Origin: Amoebidium appalachense
Lineage: Eukaryota; Protista; Ichthyosporea
Assembly (NCBI GenBank): GCA_963693365.1
Contig: CAVNZM010000014.1
Coordinates: 6,076,001-6,140,000, forward strand
Length of the DNA: 64,000 bases
Direction: 5' to 3'
The translations under genes and the position numbers were made by a program. Positions 55,791 through 64,000 of this stretch are shown here, piece after piece (the stretch's first letter is position 1; each line of letters starts with the position of its first letter). Below the pieces are notes generated by a model. That model ran no database searches. It was not told the origin of the DNA and saw only the letters and a program-made list of their open reading frames with translations.

Positions 55791-56466
55791 ACGTACAACT
55801 CGTACTGCTTGGTAAGCTGATCCAGGGACTCGTCGGTGAAACTCTCAGCGCAGAGCTGGGCGTACCAATCCAGATATGCGACCACTGTCAGCTCCACCTT
55901 CTTATTGGTCACATCACACGGCAGGAGATCCTTGAAGACAAATATTACCGTCTGTAATGTTGACGATGGGATCGAGTTAATAGATTATCTTTATAACTTG
56001 CATTGTCAAGCAGCCATGGTGTGCTAGTGCTAGGGGTCTAGGAGTGCAAGTACTACACTGGTAACCTTTGTATGGGTGTGTGTTTTTCCTGGGGGAGACT
56101 GGTGGGGGTGAGGGGGGGGGGGGGGGGGGGGGGGGGGGGAGGGGGGGACTTTCCTTCATGATATCCCTGTATTCGTTCGCCTTCAGAAAGGCTAGGTTGG
56201 TAACTCCTTGCGCCATTTTCCGAAGGTACGGAAAGGGCGGCAATGCTTTCCAGCGACGGTCAAGCTCCTGAAGCAGCTTTGTCTCCTCCATCTTGGCCTG
56301 CCGAGGGTTGTCGGCATATACCCGCTGGCACGTCAGCTCCACTAGTTTGACTTAGCACTCGAGAATGCGCATGAACACACCACTCTCCGCCTGGTGCATT
56401 CGCTCAGGTATGACCCCCTTCAGGTACATGAAGCCGGGAACCCTGCTCATGAGGTTCTGGTAGGAA

Positions 56467-56498
<32 letters not shown>

Positions 56499-56858
56499 GG
56501 TTTGCATGGTTGGATTCTGTTGGCCTACACCGAGACATAAACTTATCTACCACGATCATTCGAAACACTGACATTCCCTACTACTAGTGTATTCTATGGT
56601 ACTCTCCGGTGTCAAGCGTTAGCTATGGGGGGGGGGGGGGGGGGGGGGGGGGGGAAGGGCACCTCCGTGTCATGCATGGACGAGTTTTTTAACAATTGAG
56701 TAACTTTCCCATTCTTCTTATCAGCCCGTAATTTATCGGCCTTGGCATAGATCTTGTTGTGTTGTGCCTCTGTGCGTAAAGGAGCAGTCTCTTTCCCAGT
56801 CTTGCATATACGATTCCATTTGACCCAGCAGTAGTGGCACGGGAATCGCGTGGCCCCC
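52773..56858 (-). pseudogene. Plavaka-type (CMC-related) transposase, 7 exons, 5'-truncated
   Basis: Exons 56858-56663, 56456-56154, 55951-55797, 54842-54638, 54394-54217, 53622-53420, 53180-52773 splice in phase. Motifs: PCHYC; PERMHQAESGVF; LDRRWKALPPFPYLR; KFHVGKHY..FG..ERHHK..K..Y..TN..QM; RYD..ARVLCLF..AFVQWY..HVVPRF..FYVNRF. In-frame TAA at 56352-56354. Confidence 0.85.
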
Positions 56859-56885
56859 CTAGGTGTTTGTTTGTTTGTGGGGGAA

Positions 56886-56917
<32 letters not shown>

Positions 56918-57231
56918 ATCAGAAAAGGCATCATACCGGGGAAGGCTGTGGCTGTGGTCGTGCATGCTGGTGGAAAGGCTCGTGGAAAGGCTTTAATGAT
57001 GCATGCTGGTGGGGGGCATGGTGCACTACACGTATACCATGCACGGGAAGACCACAGATGCACTGGGGGGGATGAACGGGGGGGGGTCTTTGCGGTGTAA
57101 ATTGGTTTGCGCGATATTTCGCTGCATGCCTAAACAGTGTGTGCAAGCCCCCCTAGGCCGTGGAAGGGTTGTGGTCGTGCATGCTGGTGGGGGGAACGGT
57201 GCACTATGCACGGGAAGTCCTTAGTTGCACT

Positions 57232-57265
<34 letters not shown>

Positions 57266-57335
57266 GGGGGGTTCAACCCTTCGAAATTGCCATCAACTAT
57301 ACGAGTGTATTCAATGGTATTACCCTGTGTCTAGA
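53720..57335. repeat. Composite repeat module (~178-bp unit plus GGTTCAACCCTTCGAAATTGCC tail) at three sites in and next to the transposase: ~53720-54070, ~54950-55670 (three tandem units), ~56945-57335
   Basis: GTCTTTGCGGTGTA...GTTGCACTGG unit and its tail are seen at each site. Confidence 0.9.
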
Positions 57336-57546
57336 TAGTAGGGGGGGGGGGGGTGCATTTTGGCCTGCCCGATATTCCCCCTAGACCATCAAATTTGACG
57401 ACCTGGATTTTAATTAGAGATGACGACACTTTGGCCTGGACGACACTTTGGCCTGCAACACCCCCCCCCCCCCCCCCCCCATGACAGCACAACACCCCCC
57501 GTCCCTCTCTCATTACCACCCTTGCTAATCTTTTTTTTCCCCCCAG

Positions 57547-57808
57547 GCCAGCAGAAGCACCTCTTCATCACCAAGGAGATTGTCCGGATTCAACAGGCCA
57601 ACCCCGGCCTTACCACCGAGGACTTGTGGACACTCGCCGAGGGCAGGTGGAAGGCCGCCTTCCCTGAGCTTGCCGGGCAGCAAAGCCCGGCATCTAAGCC
57701 CAAGAAGGCGGCTCAAGAATTTGACCGCAAGCGACCTTCCAAAAGTGAGATGGCCATCCCGCAGATCGTGGTTGCCCAGATGTCCTCCAAGGTCTCAACG
57801 GTATGTTC

Positions 57809-57840
<32 letters not shown>

Positions 57841-58042
57841 ACTCACCCACCCACCGACCCTCCCTCACCCCCACCCTTTTTTGCCCCTGCATGCTCTCCT
57901 TATACCCCCTCCCCCTCCCTCTTCCCCCCCCGGGGCCCATGTTTACTTAAAAGAGGTTAACGTGCTGCATCCTTTGTTACCATGTATGTGCTATTCGTAG
58001 TGTACTATTTGGTACCATGTCACGTCGTTCACCTCATTCTCA

Positions 58043-58089
<47 letters not shown>

Positions 58090-59148
58090 AAAAAACATAC
58101 AAATAATTTTTGAAATTAGTGCCTGCCCTTTGAGTTGGACTGCTTATCATGCCGTGCATGGCTTATCTTCCCCCCACCCCCCACCCCCACGCCTTCACCC
58201 GCCTTCCCCCCCCCCCCCCCCCCCCCCCCCTCCCCCCATCTTTCCCCGAAGAGAATCAAAACACAAATACATGTATTGAGATCCTCCACCTTGACGTAAT
58301 CTTGTGCCATCACTGCGGATAACTAACCCCCCCCCCCCCCTTTTGCCCCCTTCCCCCTGGCCCTCTGCACAACACATGATTCATACACACATACACCGTG
58401 ACATGCCAGCTCTACCACAACCTCAGGAGGGTGACGTCAACATCAGACGTCACCAGGATTGTCTTCGGCATGACCTACTGTGCCACGGACCTTGACCTCG
58501 ACGAGGCTGTGTGGCTGCTCGCCGAGGAGAAGGGCCTCATCGAGGAGGGCGACCGTGAGGACGCTGAGGGGATCAAGGCCTTCATCGCCCAGAAATACCA
58601 CCGGGGACCGATCCGTGACGCTGTACGCCACTACGGGCGTGGCCAGTTTGCGTGGAAGCTACGCAATGTGGCTTACCCGCAACTGGAGGAGAAGTACGAC
58701 ATCAGTGTATGCATCCCCATCCCCATCCCCCCCCCCCCCCCCCCCCCCTTCCCCCCACACTATCCCACACTATCCCACCCACCACCATCTCTTTGGTATA
58801 TGTTTTCATATTTAACTACCCCATCCACCACCATCTCTTTGGTATTTGTTTTTATATCTAACTTGAAACGATTCGATTGTTTAGCACTATGTATGTACTA
58901 TTCGTATGTTCTTGGGTGTCCTTGATGAGTGTTCGTATGTTACACAGGTGTTGTTCGAGTGTACATTGAACATTATATTGCATGTGTTAGTACCATTAAC
59001 CAGTGCATTGCATTCGTTGATGTACAAAGTGTTTATTCAGATGTGTTCGTCATTGTGTATTTACGAGTATTCAATTGCACTAAAGGCACTTCGATGATGA
59101 ACATTCAACCCTGTCCTATTCCTTTTTACTTGTTTTTTTACCATTCCC

Positions 59149-59179
<31 letters not shown>

Positions 59180-60072
59180 AAAAAAAAAAAACATAAAAAA
59201 AAACTTCCCACCTCAGTTTCTCCCTCCTACTTTCCCCTTAAATACTCTCTTTTAACTTGCTTCCTCCCTCAGTCTCTCCCTCCTAACTTCTTTTCAAACC
59301 CTCTCCTTTAACTCTCCCATTGGGTCCTGATAGAAACAATCACTTCCAATCACTTGATATATATTGCTTACCCCCCCCCCACGTTAAACACAGGAACCTG
59401 GGGCCGGCACTGAAGAGCGCAAGCAAGCCTTCAACAGGCTAACCAGCATGTATGTGGCCGAGGCCAACGGTGAGCAGTTTGTGCTTGGGCCGAAGTGGTG
59501 GGTCGACGAGCAAGGCCGCCCCGGCATGAACAGCATCTTCCGACAAATTGTGAAGAAGATAGCCCCGGCTTCCGACCAGGTATTTGCTTTTCTCTTGGTT
59601 GTCTAAGCAGTTCAGTACATTGCACCCTCTCTCTAGGCAAGCATACTGCACCATAATACTCTCGGTTCCTTATTTACACCCCCCCCCCCCCCCCCCCCCC
59701 CCACCTCCTCGCCCATCCCCCTTCCCACTAGGAACATTCAAGAGATAGAGCAAAAACTTGTTGATTCCTTGTACACCCTAACTAACTTTCATCCTCCTTT
59801 CCCCACATCCAGGTTTCCTCTTTCACGACCACACATGCCTACTGCATGTACATCGTGAAGGAGGTGCTCTTCTGCCCCTCCTACCGTGATTCCGGCATCT
59901 TCGGCCGGCTCAACAACAGCGACAAGTTAAACGCCACAGGCTACAACGCTGCCCTTCACGACCTGAAGAAGGTGACAGCCTTCCCCCCCCCCCCCCCCCT
60001 TCTCCTTTTCTCTTTCTTTCTTCCCCTGGCTCCCACCGAATGAACACACACATCATGCACACACACACACAG

Positions 60073-60121
<49 letters not shown>

Positions 60122-60918
60122 CTCTCTCTCTCTCTCTCCCTCTCTCTCTCTCTTCTTCTCTATCTCTGTTGTTTTGTACGGGTCTAAGGGAGCAGAGTGC
60201 ACAGAGGTGTCATGTAAAACACGACTAACACATTAATGAGAGGGCAATCGGAGTTGTTCACGAGACATTGAAAGATCTCAAACAACAACTGAATCTTTAT
60301 TGTGCTCTCGGTTCCTTTTGTACTTGCGACTTATCACCTTATCACAACTAAAGAGGGAGAACCAATCGGTTCTATCAGAAGATAGAAAAACACATTCCGA
60401 CAGAGCATACGCATTCCAACTTCCGATTAAACTAAAGTGTAGAAACTCTTACTTAAATAAATTAAGTAATTATACATCTAGTCACTATTAACTCACATAT
60501 ATAGTTATGTTCGTCTCTATAAAGAAACCTATTTAAATACATATATTTCCTAATAGTCGACACTCTCAAAGTGAAGACACTTTGCAATAAACCGAATTCC
60601 ATATATATCTATTGTCCAATCACAACACACATATATTAACAGACAGGAATGCACAACACAATCTACAGATGTACTCGCTCGCGACTATTGGCGAGCCATC
60701 CTTTTGAGAACAAAACTAAGCCATTTTGAAATAAAGGAAAGACAGCGAGTGAGGCTAGCCAATCACGCTACCTCTCAGATAAACAGAGGAGAGCAAACAG
60801 AAATAAAATACAATAAGTTCTTATCAGGCAAGAGAGCCAGGTGTGCACAGATCTACAGATATCTGTGCCCACAGAAACAAGGGAGAGAGAGATACGGGGG
60901 GGGGGGGGGGGGGGGGGG

Positions 60919-60984
<66 letters not shown>

Positions 60985-61259
60985 ACAAAGAGGGAAAGCA
61001 GACACGAATACAAACAAGCTAGGACACATACATACTTCAAGGCTCTTGCTGTCATACATGGTGACGTATTCCAACAATCTCTCTATCTCTCTCTGTCTCA
61101 CCCCGTTTATCTGTCACACACACACGAACACACACACACCCAAAAAAAATGCACACACAAACACACACGCAAACACGCACCCACAAAAACAGAAACACAT
61201 GCACGACGGTCACACCACACACAGAAACACACAAACACACACAGACACACAGTCTCTCT

Positions 61260-61332
<73 letters not shown>

Positions 61333-63112
61333 AACTTAGAGGTTTCTCTGTGAGACTTTATTATTTGCTGACTTACATTGACTGGCCCACCGGGACCTTT
61401 ATATACTTGTGGTCTGGCTCACTGGAATGTTACATACTATTCCCGATTGGTCTACCCGCCGCTATGGATCTAGTCGCTACCAATCAGAACACTCCAACAA
61501 AATCTTCTAGACTCCTCTAGATCTATCCTGATCTATCGTGAACCTATCCACCAGTTTATCCCGAATATCTCGAATATTCCCGATCACTAGTGCTACGCTA
61601 ACGCAGGGCATACCGGATGGCTATCCTGTTCGACACCCCCACTTGCACTGTGTTCTATCTATCTACCGCATGCAACCTAAACCTAAGATGCAACTCTAAA
61701 ACTATGCTACTATACTAACACATATAACACCTACTACACGAACATTAACACCACACTAATTGTAGTTCTTACTCAGCCATGCCGATGGCCTGCCGATGCT
61801 GCACTAACTTAAGTCTCCCTAAAGCTTTGGTGCACATGTCGGCCACGTTACTGTTCGTGCTGCAATACACAAGTTCTACATCCCCATTCTCCACACACTC
61901 ACGGGTGTAGTGGTACTGAACGTCGATGTGTTTGATGCTGGCCTGGAGATTGCTTCTTCCAGTGTCACAGGGTCATCCTCATTGCTATCAGCACTCTCAA
62001 TTGCCATGCTGATACTGTCGCGGTACTCTACTACACCTGCGTTGATGCCGTAGGTCCCACCGCGCCTTGTAGTCATAGACGGATAGGCACTTCTGGTTGC
62101 AACCTGCAACTCTGCACTATCTTCCTCGTCTCCTGACCCTGCCGCGTCCGAATCGCCGCTGTCCTCGCCCGCGCCGTCGCCGATAGCATCTGAATCATAT
62201 CCAATGTCAGTGCCGATTGCAGGCTTCCGAAAGGAATGTTGCTTCTTGACGCTGATTGGATTCCTCGATTCCATGCTCTGCTGATTTCCGATTGGCTTAT
62301 GCATCAGCAATTCCATTGGCTCATCTTGCACCACCGGAATACCGGCCTTTGGGGTGCATGATTCATCGATCACCACATCTCGCCCGACGATAGTCTTGCG
62401 CGCCTCGGTGTCCCACAACAAGTACGTCTTGCTGTCACCTGTGTAGCCGACGAATTTACACTCCCGACTCTTGGCGTCTAGCTTCCTGCGCTCGTCCTTC
62501 GGCACATGGACAAATGCCTTGCTACCAAATACACGTAGATGGCTAACATCGGGCTTCTCTCCATACCATGCCTCCCAAGGTGTCATGCCACCCAGTACTG
62601 TGGTTGGCGTCAGGTTCTTGATGTACACAGCTGCCTGTACTGCCAGCTGCCAGAACCCCATACTCATGCCTGCTGACTGCAGCATGCAGCGCGCCGTCTC
62701 GACAATGGTCCTGTTAGCCCTCTTCTTCATACATGGGAACTGGACATTTTGCTCTTCCCATCTTGTCTCAACAGTCGCTTGATCGTAGCGTTGCACTGGG
62801 CCCATAACCGTAACTTAGAGGTTTCTCTGTGAGACTTTATTATTTGCTGACTTACATTGACTGGCCCACCGGGACCTTTATATACTTGTGGTCTGGCTCA
62901 CTGGAATGTTACATACTATTCCCGATTGGTCTACCCGCCGCTATGGATCTAGTCGCTACCAATCAGAACACTCCAACAAAATCTTCTAGACTCCTCTAGA
63001 TCTATCCTGATCTATCGTGAACCTATCCACCAGTTTATCCCGAATATCTCGAATATTCCCGATCACTAGTGCTACGCTAACGCAGGGCATACCGGATGGC
63101 TATCCTGTTCGA

Positions 63113-63180
<68 letters not shown>

Positions 63181-63191
63181 CCTCTCCCCCC

Positions 63192-63241
<50 letters not shown>

Positions 63242-63584
63242 AACTGCAATTACACACCCAAACGGAAGCACAATTCGAACCCGAACACATTATTCTTTTT
63301 CCAGCGCCAACTGCGAGGTAACTGAGTATGTAGATTAGATAGTAATAGCTGTTTTATTGTGTTCCATTTGCTCACCATATGTTTCCCCACAGTACAAGAG
63401 GAATTTCAAGATGTACGCCAAGGCCAAACAAGAAGCAGCAAAGGCGGCAGCTATAGCTGATGCCAAAAGGGCCGCGGCTGAGGAGAAGGAGAAGAAGGCG
63501 CAGGAGGCCGGCGACCAGAACGGCGACAAGAGAGTGGATGACCCTGCACACGCCGACGCCCTGCCTGGGCAGGAGGAAGTGTGA
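57547..63584 (+). CDS. Spliced gene of unknown function (5 exons seen, ~360 aa, 5' end missing); possibly a transposon accessory gene
   Basis: Exons 57547-57800, 58410-58706, 59394-59579, 59813-59971, 63393-63584, joined by phase-0 GT-AG introns with no stops. GC3-rich codons. Charged C-terminus, ends in TGA. Confidence 0.75.
60167..61076. mobile_element. Solo LTR (910 bp) in a (CT)n tract
   Basis: TGTTG...CAACA ends with a perfect TSD ATCTC. Confidence 0.75.
61330..63114 (-). mobile_element. Internally deleted Copia element (non-autonomous) in a (CT)n tract
   Basis: 306-bp LTRs 61330-61635 and 62809-63114. TSD TCTCT. PBS GGTTATGGGCCCAG. The 309-aa ORF has the integrase C-terminal half (ANRTIVETARCML..LRVFGS..FVGY), followed by the RNase H tail (NVADMCTKAL). 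Confidence 0.93.
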
Positions 63585-63673
63585 ACTCTAGTGATAGGCA
63601 CAAGTAGAAATTATTAGTACGAAACTATTTTTTATTGTGATTTTTACTTGGTGCTTTTAGTGTCAGCCAAAAT

Positions 63674-64000
63674 TGTTGGAGTGCAGACTTACGCTCACTC
63701 CACTATATGTGTATGTTAGCTTTACAATTGGTTCCGTGTACATAGACACATGCTGACACTCGATCACCACATGCACATCTGCATAGTTGAGGAATGTTGC
63801 CAATTGTGTTTTGACTGCAAACGATTGGTTCACTGGTCCCAGAGATATCTAAATGAAAGTAACCAATCCGATTAGCGCCTGGCATCCGGATTACATTCCA
63901 GACTGCTGCCCCACGGGTATATAAGCCACGTCTCTGCCAGGTGCAGACATGGAGTTAAGTCATGGAGTTAAGTCATGGAGTTCAGTCATGGAGTTAAGTC
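63674..64000 (+). mobile_element. LTR of the same family as the TRIM at 13049, cut by the window end
   Basis: Near-identical to 13049-~13390, including the 13-bp repeats. Confidence 0.92.

Overview
Repeat-rich eukaryotic DNA: poly-G/C tracts, (CA)n/(CT)n microsatellites and GT-AG introns, with no clear housekeeping gene. The centre (about 9.5-37.3 kb) is a microsatellite-free, CpG-rich, virus-like island. It is built around a shattered, unusually large Polinton/Maverick (adintovirus)-type protein-primed DNA polymerase B polyprotein (11018-27270). Removing three LTR insertions at their 5-bp TSDs leaves about 6.75 kb, or about 2,250 codons, with five apparent frameshifts. Inferred domain order: terminal-protein region, OTU-like protease, Zn fingers, exonuclease, Vsr-like nuclease, palm with a ~170-aa Cys-rich insertion. 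Unassignable ORFs flank it. Four LTR insertions hit the island: a Copia TRIM, two near-intact chromodomain Gypsy elements (gag and pol separated by one in-frame stop in both) and a solo LTR. To the right are a non-autonomous LTR element, a full-length Copia, an intron-rich Plavaka-type transposase and two spliced genes of unknown function, one holding a solo LTR and a deleted Copia in an intron. Three LTR elements share an atypical primer-binding site (AGCTACACC[CCC]) complementary to the 5' end of tRNA-Ala. Everything was read by eye. Family assignments rest on remembered motifs, and indels next to homopolymers could be assembly errors.
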